A stretch of 64,000 bases of DNA from Balanoglossus misakiensis (Eukaryota > Animalia > Hemichordata), in contig CM082597.2 of the NCBI GenBank assembly GCA_040954595.2, positions 4,965,244-5,029,243 on the forward strand. The letters are read 5' to 3'. Each line of letters opens with the position of its first letter. Within the stretch, counting starts at the first letter, position 1. Shown piece after piece: positions 26,906 through 40,900 of this stretch. The translations under genes were made by a program, and so were the position numbers. The notes beneath the pieces were generated by a model. The model saw only the letters and a list, made by a program, of their open reading frames with translations. It had not been told where the DNA came from and did not search any database.

Positions 26906-27414
26906 TGTAATAACAAAGCTATGAAGTTTTATACTGTACATTTGGACTACATGCTCCTATTGATAACATCACATCACCTAACATCAATCCTGCGACCACA
27001 CTGCAACCGTTTCCCTCGATGCCAATCATACCCCTATGCTGTGTAAGAAGCCCGTCAATACAACTTACAAGGCCGTATTTTGTTAATGTTGCTAGATGAG
27101 CTCCAGTTAGAGTCTCTGTCTGCAGATTGACGGTAATATGACGTGGCACAAGTCTGGGTAGAACAACACTGCTGGCGGTTTCCTCTCTGGTGGAATCACA
27201 CGGCTTATGATTTAACCAAACAGTTCAGCAGAAGTCTCTCGCCCAAGCGTCCCGCACGCTGCAATATCAGTCTCTGCCAAAATCACGCATGGTGAAATCC
27301 TTTTATAGGAGATCCCAGGTGCTCGACTCACTCGACTCAGCATAGCTAATGAGTCCGTAATATGGTAATCTATTCGTGGCCATTGTTAGCCTTACGCCAA
27401 AGTCTTTTGTTACA
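26906..27414 (-). mobile_element. Probable LTR remnant (~509 bp)
   Basis: Minus strand reads TGTAAC...TTACA with an internal TATAAAAG, followed after 4 nt by a PBS-like TGGTGGAA. No TSD and no pol ORF. Confidence 0.4.
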
Positions 27415-28963
27415 GCTTGTGACCCGAATATTCATAAGTGTAGACGGGCACCCTGGCAGCGAATTATATAACAAGTGACCCATATAGACTGAACCAATGG
27501 TTATGTAAATTAATCCTGGACTAGTCCATTCCATCAGTCATTTACCTGTCTATCTAACCACCTTACACAAATACACGTACATGTATATACTGATACACCA
27601 CTTACTCTCAAACCACTGTAGAAACACAGATGTACACCTAGTAAGTTAAGGAGCTGAACATCCTATCGGACGAAATTGTAATCAACTTAGTGTTCATGTC
27701 ACACGTTACTTTTTTCTTCTGATACCAAATACTGTAGTGTGTGAAATAATACACTCTTGTCTCTGTGTTTCCACACTGTTACAATATACAATGTATGTTA
27801 AAGGTAAAACATCACATCACATAATGGTTTGTATAACAGTGTCGCTTTTATTACAACTGGATAATGCAGTATATCCACACAAACAGAACGCACACATCTG
27901 TACACCGAACATACAGTACTCATCAATACACTAGAAAATCTGCGTCTAGCTTACATAAAGTATTTCAATATACTTTTCTAAATTCAAGGTTAAAAGTTCA
28001 GCATAATAAACTTGTCTGTTCAGACTTCTTGTATTATCTAATAGCCTTATGGTTTTAAGTTTATTTTACTCACGATTTTGTTAAGTATTTCAACTGTAGT
28101 TGAATAAAACTGCACGTAGATTTAACGTGATTTTGTATAATTATTTTTTCTCTTGTTCACACAGGTAAAATCTGCTACTGTTTGACTATACTACTTCTAT
28201 GTTTAAGGCGTACTGCCGTCATAACACACTCAGACAGTGTAATTTGCTTGTTTATCAACACACTGTTTTTCACAACACTAAAGCAATCTGAGCCCACATA
28301 GCGGAACATAGTTTAAATATTGCATGTTAGTTTTATCTTCCTGTGCTTAAAAAGTACATTTGACGCCATTATTACTAGCCGTGTTGGTCCCATACTGCGT
28401 TCAACACATAACCAACATTCATTTCCCAGTCTACCTATCTACAAGTTAGCTGACTACAATCACCCACCCACCCCAAGTTGCCAATCAATATATTACAAGC
28501 GAAAAAACGCACACAATATGCAATCACTTTGATAAAAATTTAGAAATTTTAAACTGTGAGAATAACAATGCTTCGGCGACGAAAAATGTCTGCTCCGAGA
28601 CCTTTATGCATATGTGTGCCATGAAGGCTTCCCATGCAGTTGTACTATCCCGATACATGCGGCAGACCACACCCCGTGAAATTGCTACAGTACTTGTTTG
28701 CATGTCAAAGGCAGCCACTATAGGATATATCAGATTTGCATATTTTTCTGAAGTTTAAAATTGTCTATCGGAAGTATTCCATAAGTGACTTTTAAGTAAA
28801 CACACACTATACACAGATACCTTTGAAAAGATCGCATACAATATAACGTATATTTACTTGCAAATACCAAAGGAGGCGTATTAATAACTTAAGCAAAAAA
28901 GATGGCATTATTTTCTAACTCTTGCTAAAATAAAATAACACGATCTCCATGTTTTGACTCGGA

Positions 28964-31900
28964 TCAAAGAAGATAAAAGATACTAAGAAAGGCCAGAAGC
29001 GACAAAAATGTGAATTTTGCCGCCCGTGATGGTTCTAATAAACTTGAGTCGCTCACATTCCCGCAGGTGGCACCGACACTGAAAGGTTTGGTTTTGTCCT
29101 TCAGCCAATCATAGACCTCTGTCTTCTCAAGCCTTGTTATTTCAGCGCCTACCACATCAAGAACTCTCTGGTTGTACTCATTGAGCCAAAGCACCTGCAA
29201 AGGGGAATTATGTTGTTAAGTTTACCAATTCTTCCGGATATAAATAATACATCATAGACAAAAAGATATTAAAAGCACCAGTACAATTGGGAACAAGATA
29301 ATACAAAGGCTCTATCTTTCCACCCTAATTTATTTCCCTATAGTCCAAAACTTGAAGAAACATAATGGATGAGGTTTTCCCTTCTGGGATATTATGTTTA
29401 TTTGTCTACTTACTTCATCTGGACTGAGCAAGTTTTCGGTTATCAACTTCGGTTCGAAAGGTACCAACGATTGGACTTCAAAAGCCATGAAGCTATTTCT
29501 CGCCATCGATGGATTCTATGTACAAAAGAGTGTAAAACAGACATAGTAACCAGGCGTTGACAGAAGGTGAAACAGATAGATATATTTTCATGGTCCGTTT
29601 CCGCGAGGAAAATTATTTGTAGAACATTTGGTAGAGAAGATTAGTGCTACCTGTCCAGTATGAACAAGCGATAATTACCTCAAGCTGAGCATCAACTACT
29701 TTCATAATGACCTCTAATCGAACTCCAAAGGCACTTTCGCTGTAGTATGCTGGCTCTGTGTGATAGAATTTCCAAGTGGGATTAGATTAGCAATGGTTAC
29801 ACATACTAAAAGCATGTTTTACAATAGAGAATTTTTTTTATTCAGTTTAGCCTACTAAACCAGATATCTTAGCACATCCTCCGTGTCGTCTCCCTACAAT
29901 CAGCTGGACAGTATTATGTTACCTGACATTCAACATTTTTTTCTAAAATCTAGCGCAAACTATAACTTTGTCCAAGAAACAAAATGAACATAAATACATC
30001 AAAATGGCGTCCTTTTGAGACGAACGAGTCCTATAGACTAACACAATTTTGACCAAAGGAAGTCATGAAATACAGTTAACATGTAATCTCTTCAATCTCA
30101 CAATAACGAGTATGCCACGTTTTGTACGCACTATGCAATTGCTTGTCATATTTTACCCCCTAATATTTAAGGTGGCGAAGATGACTTATGACTTATTGCA
30201 GAGCGGGAAATTCCCTCTATCATTCACGGGTATGAACATCACAAGAGTGACTGGTCGCGCCTCATACATAACATATGTGCTTACCGTTGGTGAAGTACAT
30301 ATTCGTCTGTAGAGGGAGATCATCTTCTGGGAAATTTTCGTTGTCACCCTGAGATATCCTGGTAGGGCCTGTAAAGTACAAACAGTGTTAAAATGCATTA
30401 ATCACTGCCGGAAACGTTCAAGAAACGTGGTCGGACTTTCAAGGAGCATGGAGAAATCACAAAGCAAGACCATTGTTTATCAAAAGGTTAACAATCCACG
30501 TCACATGGTTCTGACTTGAAACAAGTACGTACTATGACAGGTTGCGCAGTCTGTCACTGGTAACGCGTTCAAAGTCCTCGTACGACGAAATGTACTTTAA
30601 TATCCGTAACAGAAATACATGTACAATCAAAATGCACGCAAAGTTAGCCACGAAATATGTTGCGCTTATATACGCTTCAAAAAGTCAATTAATAAAATGG
30701 TTACGACAAAATACAAAAACGTTCATGATACGTTCAGATCATTTTGTCGTCCAGCTGGGGGGTACATTCTCAAAAGGTAAATTCACTATTCAAATGCAAA
30801 TAAAGTCATTAAAGGGTCATCATCACTTTTCTCCAACAAACAACAACATGAACAATTGAAAAGCATGGGCTGATAGTTTTGAGGTCCAATGTGGTGATTC
30901 AATGCAAGATTTTGTCAAATTGTAGTGAAATCAAAGATTAATACACTGACAGAAGGCCATTCTGGAGAGTTTTACACAGAAAACAAATTGCATTCAATGT
31001 ACTCACTTTCGTGTACAGTAAAGGTTCCAAAGCCATGTCCCGTAGTTTTGGAATATTCCATGCCATCCTTCCAGAGGGGTCTTCGTGCAAACACGTCTAG
31101 GTCATCGCCTGGAGAAGTGCAAATAAGATATACATTCGCTGTTGAAATACAACTGACAAACAGCTAGCTACTTTATACGATTTAGAATTTTACCAGGTTC
31201 GGCCAGGGAAAAATTTGAGACACTATTTGCCTATGGTAAACACAGAGCATTAATCCTTAAAGTCGCTTGTGTCCACACACACAGTTTAGGCGCTGAGGCT
31301 CAGTCCCATAGACAATGGGTTGCGGAGAGGTGTTAATCCTTACACCGGCTAAGGTCTGACCGATAAAGCCGTCTCAAATCTAAGCCGTCCGCACACGGTT
31401 TTTAAGACGGTTTCTGATCTGAGACGCTTCAGAACCGTCTTAATGATGTGTGTGTGACCCCCATATTAGTTAATTTATTTGTCTTGACTGGTTGTGGTGT
31501 CTACGTTAATGCTGGTACTGTACATGACTGAAACAGTGATGACGGTGGTGGTGGTATTGGTGGTGCAAAAAAACGATAACGGCAACATTCAATGATGTTT
31601 AAAGTATCACCAAACCGTACATACCATACGTGCCTTCTGGAAAAACTGCTGTTGACAAGGCAATAACGCCCTGCAGCACGCGTGTGTACGCCCGCTACAA
31701 CAAATAAGACGATAATGTTAGTAAAAAGGGTGGATGTCGTCGCTTCTGCGGCTACGGGTAGTGGTCTCATACAACACAGTTGCTAGCAAGTCAAAACAGG
31801 TGCAAAGTGTAAATGCTACAATTTACACCATTTCAAACAATATGGTTGTCACTATGTATTGTAACAAGCAATGCGTCGTTACATTATATCATTCCAAGTG

Positions 31901-34900
31901 TTGCAGACGAGCGTGGGTTCATGAAGTAAGGCGCCATGGCCTGGGCTGGCCTACAAGACCTCGGAAATTTACAGGGTACTTTTCCCCATGAGCTTTTAAA
32001 ATGTCACCGTTGTGAGGAAATGTGTGAAAGCATAATCCTGAATTAAGAACGTCACACTTACAGTTTCTTGATCTGTGGGTGTACCCAGGTGGACGGTTCT
32101 CGCCATATCTGAGACGCCATCTCTATTAGGATAAACATACAGTATGAATTACACACAATTTAACATGTCATCAATGATGGAGGTCTTCTTGCATTTTCTA
32201 AGCTTCATACCTTGCACTTAGTTTGGACTCCCGCTGTTAAAAGCCCATGTGTTTGCATACAGCCAAACCTGTGTATAGTGGCCAGTCAAGGGACTTTACC
32301 AAACTGGCCTTTATAGACAGGTGGTCTTTATGGACATGTTAATTTATACACATGTAAATTGTACATTGTAAATTGTAACTAAGTGGCCACTATATAGAGG
32401 TGGTCACTATATAGAGGTGGTCACTAACACAGGTTTGACTGTACATGTATTTGTAATATTTTAAACTAAGGTTTGAAATAAAAGTATCTTATTTAAAAGT
32501 ACTAGTGCTCACCGAAGTGTGACCACGGTAAGATTTTTAACATTAGTGACGAAAATATAACCCAGCTTTTAAAAAGTAAATAATGCATTATATACATATT
32601 TCATCCATCAATCCATCGTCAATGATCAAAAAAGTTAGATTTTCAAAGGTTTGATAGCTTGGATCCAAAACTCATCTCCAAAGATTGGAACAGCTTTTTG
32701 GTGAAAAAATACAAAAAAGGTACAGCGTGGGGCTTTAATGTGTAGACTTTCTGAGTGTAACGATAAAGATGATAGCTGCAGATATATTCCGCTCTAGTGA
32801 CCTTGTTATTATACAGTAAGGGGTTTAATACCGGTGGCAGGCGAGGTGTTTTGCTTGTAGAGATACATGTTTATTTTGCATCCAATCTGTTTCACACTGT
32901 CTCAGTTTTGAGTGTGCGTTGCTGTTTTAATTGTGTCAGATTTTCTGTCTGTCAACTGTTCAGCGTAATCCCCCAACATTCGCTGTTTCTGACAAGCTCT
33001 CCCACCTTTGACCTCGGCAGTCTTAGTTCCTCTCTCAACAATACGCGATCAATGATTTGCGTATTCGTGAACGTGAACTGGCCATTAGAGCCACGACATT
33101 GTCGTTTTCAGGTGACGGGTAAACTACGCGACGGCGTCCAGTGAAAGCTTTTTCCAAGTATGTTTATACTTAAGAATCGCCAGACACGTAACATGTATCA
33201 TTAGTCTTGTGGCGTTTCGTCTGCACCACGTTGCCCGTCAGCTTAAAATTTGCATAAAAACGTTAACTGCGCCAGATCGCGTCTGACGTCATGTGACATC
33301 GAAGACTAGCGTGCAAAAAGACAAACCCATCAAATATGTCAATGCTGTTCCACTCTTACTCCGGTTTTAGTGTGCACATTATACCTACGTGCTAATTAAA
33401 TCTATCTGCCCCCTTTTCAGCTTAATCCCTCAAATTTCGCCGTATCTGACAAACTCTACCTGCTTTTAACCGTCGATTTTTCTCTCCTGTCAATCTCAAT
33501 AATATGTGACCAATGAACTCACCTATATTGTGCTCCGCTGTCGAAAAGATACAGTCCATCTGTGCCAATAGTTCTGTCATTTCCGGATACAGGTCTGTAA
33601 TGGACAAAAATAATTCAATATACTGCAACTATACATTCAACCCTTAAAAGTGCCTGTCACCACGTGGTTAATTTATCTGATGAAGATTTTAAACACCAAA
33701 GTCCCCCTATAGCATAATAATATTCGACATGGCCACTACTACATACTTAGTACGCCATCATAACGAAGGTAGCTTTACGTTTTACCGTAAATGGGCATAC
33801 AATAATAGCGGATACTAGAGTGTGCCTTATTTTTTCAGAAAACATGAAAACGTTAGGATTTTACTTCAAAAATGTAACGTCGTTTTTATGATTTTATAAT
33901 TATACTAAAGGTATTTTCCCATACAAACATAACTTTTCTCTTTGGACAGTCTGCAAGTTGCAAAACGATGTCGCCTAATAAGAAATAACTTTATTAGATC
34001 GTCTGGCCAGCGCTGCCAAATAATTAATGGTTTGTCATTTCAGTTGTCCTCGTTCTGATAGGTGATAAATCTGTTGAAGCAAATTCCCGGCGACATCTGA
34101 GTATTTACGTTTCATGCACACGCGCCGCTGTGTGTGACCAGTTAAGCCGAAACAGCTGACAATACCTTCCAGGGAAGGGGGCAACACAAACAAGTTTCAC
34201 GAGGAATAATAGCCCATGAAATTTAAAAACAACAACCAGCTTGACATGTGGGAATAGCGAGATTGATTGATTGATTGATTGAGACATCATCGGGGTGACA
34301 ATTAGAAATAGGAGTGTGAATAGAAAAAACGTGACATTCAGCTCAGGGTACAAAGAGGGAACATTTGTCATGTCAAATTTCAAAAAACTTCAAAACAGAT
34401 AATTAAAAAAATATAACGAGGGCGTGTTTCTTTTAAACACCTCTCACTCTATTCGCCTGCTCTGCTTATCAGAACCATAGACAGTAGAAGTTCTATGCTA
34501 GAACGTAGCTGCCGCTTTTACTGTGCAGCGTCCTCTAGAGGTAGGAGGAAAGACGTGACCAGGTAAACTGTCTCTGTGCGCTTGATCAAGACATGACAGA
34601 GCCCCTGACGTAGGGATTCATCGGTTTGGAAGTTTTACCGATAGCATTGCCAACATCTAGTCATAATTCACAAATCTCCCATTCACACAACCACAGCCTG
34701 TCGTCCCAGTAAAAAAGTGATATCTTTCGTAGGTACTCTGTCGCTTACCTGTGATCTGGGGTAGCAGTGTTGACGTCATATGCTGTAACCGCCGGAATAC
34801 TCTCTCCAGTATAGCCATCGAGTTTTCTGTCAGAAAAACAACAACAAATATCTTGAAGTCTCAACAAAATTTTAAGTGTGTCAGTCATTCAAACATCAAA

Positions 34901-37900
34901 TGATCAAATAGCATTGGTGACAGATCGATGAACTTGCTCAGCTTGAGGAATTCATTTTGTCTCATTATAGATAAATGCAACAAAAATGTAACTTTTTGAA
35001 TCTTTGTTAACTTTGACAAAGGACTGGTATTTAGTTTTTGCAATTTTGTGACACTGTTTAACAACATCTTTCTGCGGTTGCCCAAATTGACTCAATTCAG
35101 ACAGGTACACGTATAAGCGCTGTGGGTGAATACTCACCCTCTGAACTCGACAAGTTTATCCCTTGCTGACGATTCTGTCACCGACGTCGAACCTCTTGCC
35201 ACGACCTATTGAAAGCAGAAATAAAATTGCCGGATAATTGCACTATGAGAAGAATAATTCTGTTCAAAGTGTGCCGTATGGGTTTACATGGTAAAATTAC
35301 ATCTCAATTATACAATAAGAAACCAGGTCCAATAACCAGTATCATTCACGGTAAGCAAATTACCAGGTCCAAGAAAGGAATAAGAGAAAAAATAACAATT
35401 TCAGCCGAAATTGTGGTACCAGGCAGTACTAACCTCGTCCTCCAGCCAATACAGAAACTCGCACACCGCCACGGAATCCCTCAACTGTAATATACAACAT
35501 AGATCTATTATGCATAAATCTTGTGGGACAAAATATAAGCCTTTGTCAAACTGCTTTCGGTGTATTTAATAATGTTTTGCAAAGAAAATTAGATGTCAGA
35601 GGTATCATGAAATAGAAGTATAGTGAAATTCACTCTCTCGAACAAATGATATGGAATACTTCATGAAACTCGAAAACCATTGTCACGGGGGCGCCCTCAG
35701 CGATAGTTTTGAATCAGAAAGGAAGCCTGAATAATAACCATTTCGTTAATACACCTAGGAAATTATGTCTGAACAGACTACCCATACATAAATGCATTGC
35801 AGGATATAACGACTTACTAAAACATCCTGTATTGCTTGCTGTTCTTGTCTATTCTTTTGCGCCCTCAGCGTCTTTACAGGAGACAGCTCTGTTATAAAGT
35901 CCTGCAGTAAAATAAAGTAATCGTGAAAGCAAATATTATTACTGAACAAACTTCTGATGAAATACATTTAGTCCAATAATTCCTCCCTGTTTCAGTCATT
36001 CAGTATATTTTGGTTGAAAGTCTCAGTTCGTTGTCTCAGCTAGAATACACTATCCACATGTATGTACAATCATGTACATGGCCTCAAAGCTGGACTCAAT
36101 TGTATTGGGAAACGTGGAACTAAAGGGCATACTCTGTAATACATATCCAATCTTGGAACACAGAAGTTCCTCGACTGACATACATGCGATGAACTGGATT
36201 TCTGCCCTTGTGTATACATCACAGATACCTGTACAAAGTGTACAAAAAAACGTTTGACGTCACTCACCGCGCCGTTCCTTGAAACTGTGTCGTACACGGC
36301 GTAGTTGGTGGCGTCTTCGAACCAGATGACGCCATAGTCGCTGGCCCTGGCCGCCAGCTGCGCCAAGTCAGACGTAAAGCCAGTGTAGTACGTCATGCTG
36401 ACGCACTGGGATGTGTCGGCAGTGATGCACTTCGTCAGGTCGACGGTGTCAATTCTGGACTGGTCCAGGTAAAGACTAGAATGGGGTGGGAAGACCAAGA
36501 GGGTTATTGGCGACAACTGTTTCTGGCATTCTTAGAGGTGTCTTTACCTGGACTGGTCCAGGTAAAGACTAGAATGGGGTGGGAAGACCAATAGGGTTAT
36601 AGGCGACAACTGGCATTCTTAAAGGTGTCATTCTTGTAGTAATCCCCAGCCTCCTCTTTTTTCTGTATCTCTCTTTCTTTCTCTATCTCCACCTTCTCCC
36701 TCCCCCTCTTTTTCTCTCTATCCTCTCTCCTTTCTCTCTTCTCCCTCCCTCCCCCTCTCTCCATCTCTTCTCTCTCTCTTTCTCTCTCTCGCTCTCTTTG
36801 CTCGCTACCCCCTCTCACAAACACTCTATACCAATATTAAACAAATGACAAGAAATTCAACTCACTTTACCCTGTCAACCTGTATGATAGCATAGGCGAA
36901 GAAAACTGGATTGTAGGGAACATCATCACCTCGTAGATTAAATAACCCTAAAAAACATACACATTATGGTTTTAAAATGATAAACTAAACAATTTAATTT
37001 TCACAAGCTAGAATTAAATAACTGTCCACCCGAAAAGAAAATGGATGGCTTGAAAATAATGATTGAATGACGTAATCATAGATTTGAGAGGTGACTCACA
37101 TGCAACGTCTGTCAGATCTGACAGTACAACAACTCCTACGTTCTTTTCTTCCATGAGGCCCCGGATGTCTCGCACTTTCGCACGCCAATCTTTTCCTACC
37201 AAGCAATGAATAAACAAGAGGAGATTCAGTGTAGGTAAAGCACACTGAAGTTTCATGAAGAGGTGTCACAAAAATTTTTCTTAGTATAAAAAAATCCTAA
37301 ATGATAAGTGTTTCGCCATCATACAACATATACATCAGAAATTTCTTTTCGGAGATAATAAAGTTCTGTGAATCTGAATCTGAACCTGAATCTGAACATT
37401 AAATTGAAAGTATTTGTATAACAGCACATTTACCCGTGGTCTCAAATGGCACACTTCTCAGCGGCCCATTTGGTCGTTGAGGGCGCCCGTCTTCTTCCCA
37501 GCTGGTATCTACGATACCCGGGACGTCACTCAGGGAGAGCCCGCCCTCTTGGAGGACATCAGAAAACTTGAGGAATTCGCCTATCAAAAAAAAATCAGCA
37601 TAATTGCGTCATATTACAGTCGAGATTTGTCGAACTTAATCCACAAGTCATGTGATTTATTGAGATTAAAATACTGGAGAAGTTACTCAAAGGCAGAAAG
37701 ACAGAAACAGGCTTGCAGACAGGCAGACAGACAGACAGACAGGCATCTAGACAGACACCTAGACATCTAGACAGAGACAGACAGACAGACAGACAGACAT
37801 TTGAACTAAGAACATTTTTGTAAAATACGTTCATGCATGCATGAAACAGCGACTCACCATATGAAATATATTCGGGGTCAACTCCTATCCTACCATAGTC

Positions 37901-40900
37901 GAACTTGTCAACCAACCAATATTCAGGTTCCATATAATCTGACGCTCCTGTTGATATATTCGAGTAAACAAGAGAAAACGCTCACTTAGCATAAATGAAA
38001 TTGAACGCCGAATTAAAGGTAAATGTATAATGTCATTGTATTTTGGTGTATTGTGGTGTAGTGTTCTTTTACCTAGTGATAAATACACTTGTGTCCACCA
38101 GCTGCAGTGCTCACCTGGCAAGCAGACCAGAATAGCGCCGCCAAGCGATCTCTAGCTCATACCTTACGGTTATTACAGAGACTGAAAAACCGCAAAGTCT
38201 TGCTAAGTATCTCATTCGCTGGTAAAAAAAATCTGTTTGGCTACACTGCGTTCATACCTGGTATCATGATTTTCCAGTTACAATCCAAATATTCTTCTGC
38301 CTGTTCCATGTCGTCCACTGTTGTCCACAAAACAGCTTCGTCTTGCGTTATTACTGCTATACCTGGGTTATACAAGAAGGTATAGAGAATGCGTTAAAGT
38401 GACGGCATCGTCTGAACTGCGCATGTGCGACTTTTCTGTTTATGAACACATTGACACCATCCACATTGTTTCACTGTTCAGGAAGACCCTGCCAAACAAT
38501 ACATGTTTAAGTAAAGTACATGTAACTTTGAAATGTGATAAAAGTGGCGACGACATACCGTTTGCCATGAAGAGCTATAAAATGACGTCAAAGAATAGTG
38601 TCTTATTACTTTCTAACCTTTGTATCCAGTGAACCCACTGATGTATTCGAGTCGCATATCAACTGGCGCTGTGTATTCGCTCTGCGGGGGAAAATAATAT
38701 GCTGGTCACGCTTTTCGCTATGTGAGAGTATGCATTATAGAGGGCTATATTCCATATGTGACATTGGCTCCCAAATATGAGACAACTTCCCCGCATGTCG
38801 AGAAAAACTTTCAACAAAACTCAAGATGTGTGTGGAACACGTATCCAAATCTCATTTCTTATAACTGTTTACTCGATCCACAAATGGTCAATTTCTCGCG
38901 GAGAACGTGCTGAGAATGTTTCATGTCTGTTTGAAGGAACTCCCAATTCAGGATTCAAGTGAGCCTGTCCTCACCTGGTGGGCATCCTTCGGTGTGACAA
39001 GATAAGCGCGTAGGTTGTTGTAGCGGGATATTTCACTGCGCAGCTTGAACAGTCTGGAGGATGTGTCCACTGCTGTCCTCGGAAGTATCTTGTTGTGGAA
39101 ACAGGAGATACATTCTAATGGTTAAACATTATTTGGTCATCTGTTGTACTTCTGCCCTTATGTATTACATATCCGTCTGTCTGTCTGTCTGTCTGTCCTT
39201 GAACTACAATATTATAAAATGATTGAATAGAGACACTCATAACAATTGTCAACAATAATTACCGGCGGACTTCTCGAACAATCTCTGAAGACCTGTGCTC
39301 TCCCCACAAGGGTTACTGAAAAGAATGTCAAAATACATTTATCATTATTTTCATTTTAAATCTAGTATTATAATATCATAATAAAATATTAATTAAAATG
39401 AAATTGTCCACTATATTTTAGATCCCGTAACTGAAAACGTGGGCTGGGAACACCCTGTTTTCTGTCTATTACTGTATTTAAAATTCATTGATATACTACA
39501 CATATAATAATCACGAAAATGGCAGCATTTTCAAGTAACTGTAGACCCCTATCGTAACGTGTTGTTTTGACGAACGGAACACATTATTGTTGAACACAAC
39601 GGGAATTGCTGCAGATATTTCGAATCCCAAGAGTTCGCAATACAAATAATGGCAGCTGTGTGGTCGTAGGCTAGAATGCTAATGAGTGAATCTGACAGGT
39701 TTAAGCAAGACAACAGACACAGAGAGAAGTCCTACTATTCCATAGCGTGCTGCGTTAATGCTGGTGGCTGTCGTTTTTCAAAGTTAGTACAAACATAAAA
39801 CAGCAACTTCTTGATAAGTAGCTATAGAAGTTATAGCTATTTTGTTAGACGAGACAAAGTACAAACAGAAATGGAGACGTCTTGACCAGCAACTCGCAGC
39901 GAGAAATTAGAAAAAAATTGCACTCTATAATCCAGAATTAATCAAGCACACACGGCTGTTTATTGGTACATGTGTTGGCACTGTGAGAAACATGTGTCAA
40001 CTTCTAATATGTAACCATAGATGTAACAGGTTTGACCTGAGTGCGAGCGCAGCAAGCGATCAAAATTAATGGATGCCCCCGTAGGAACAGCGCACGACGC
40101 ACTTTTCGAACTCGTAGGTACATTCTTTTTCCCATAATCCTCCATTCTCGTACACGCGCTATCTGAAGTGCTCGCTACGCATGGAGTCAACCTCACATAC
40201 GTCGTCAGTCTTATCTCGAGCAAGAGTAAGGAAGGCCAAACAAAATGCCCAAGGCAATACACCGTTGTAAGGTTAACCCTTTGTATTATATTGTTGCCTT
40301 CAGTAGACAAATATCAACGTACAAAACTGTACATGCTCCCACTGGGACACACAATGTCCACACACCTTTCATTGTGCATTGTACAAGCCTCTGGAACAGC
40401 TCAAGGCTACATTATTGAGTGATAATCTGAGGTTAAACGGGCGTGCTAAGAAATTCGAACCCAAGTCGGCGATTTGCGTGACCCGCATAATAGACTCTTC
40501 CCCGGACAGAGAATTTGTCGAGTGTGCGTTAAGGTCAGGCCGTGAGTGCACTGCCCCACCGGTCGTTCTTACAGCAGGAAAAGAAAGAACAATTTTTAGG
40601 TTGTCGTGTGAACAATGTAGTCTCGATATGGCTGACAGGACGGACACGAGATGTGGTTGAAAACACGTGATACTTATTCAAATTATCTTACATTTTCTCG
40701 GCGCCGTTTGAATCTCAATTTGCAACAATGTCTAAGATTTGTGTAAAGCTCGCAGACTGTCGTCTGCTTGATAATACACGTAGTGGAGGTATAGGTAAAA
40801 TTGTAAACAACCCGCACTCAAAATTCCCTGAATACCTCTCTTTGTTTGCTCCACCGTTTATCATCATGCACTCCTTATAGTTACGAGTTTGACATTTTAG

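Noticed and set aside
36597-36824. Glu/Arg-rich ORF
   Set aside because: GA microsatellite within an intron.
39960-40660. Overlapping ORFs in XPNPEP2 intron 1, one with a TNFR-like PCxxTSDxxC string
   Set aside because: No supporting splice structure or full cysteine pattern; partly an inverted-repeat remnant.
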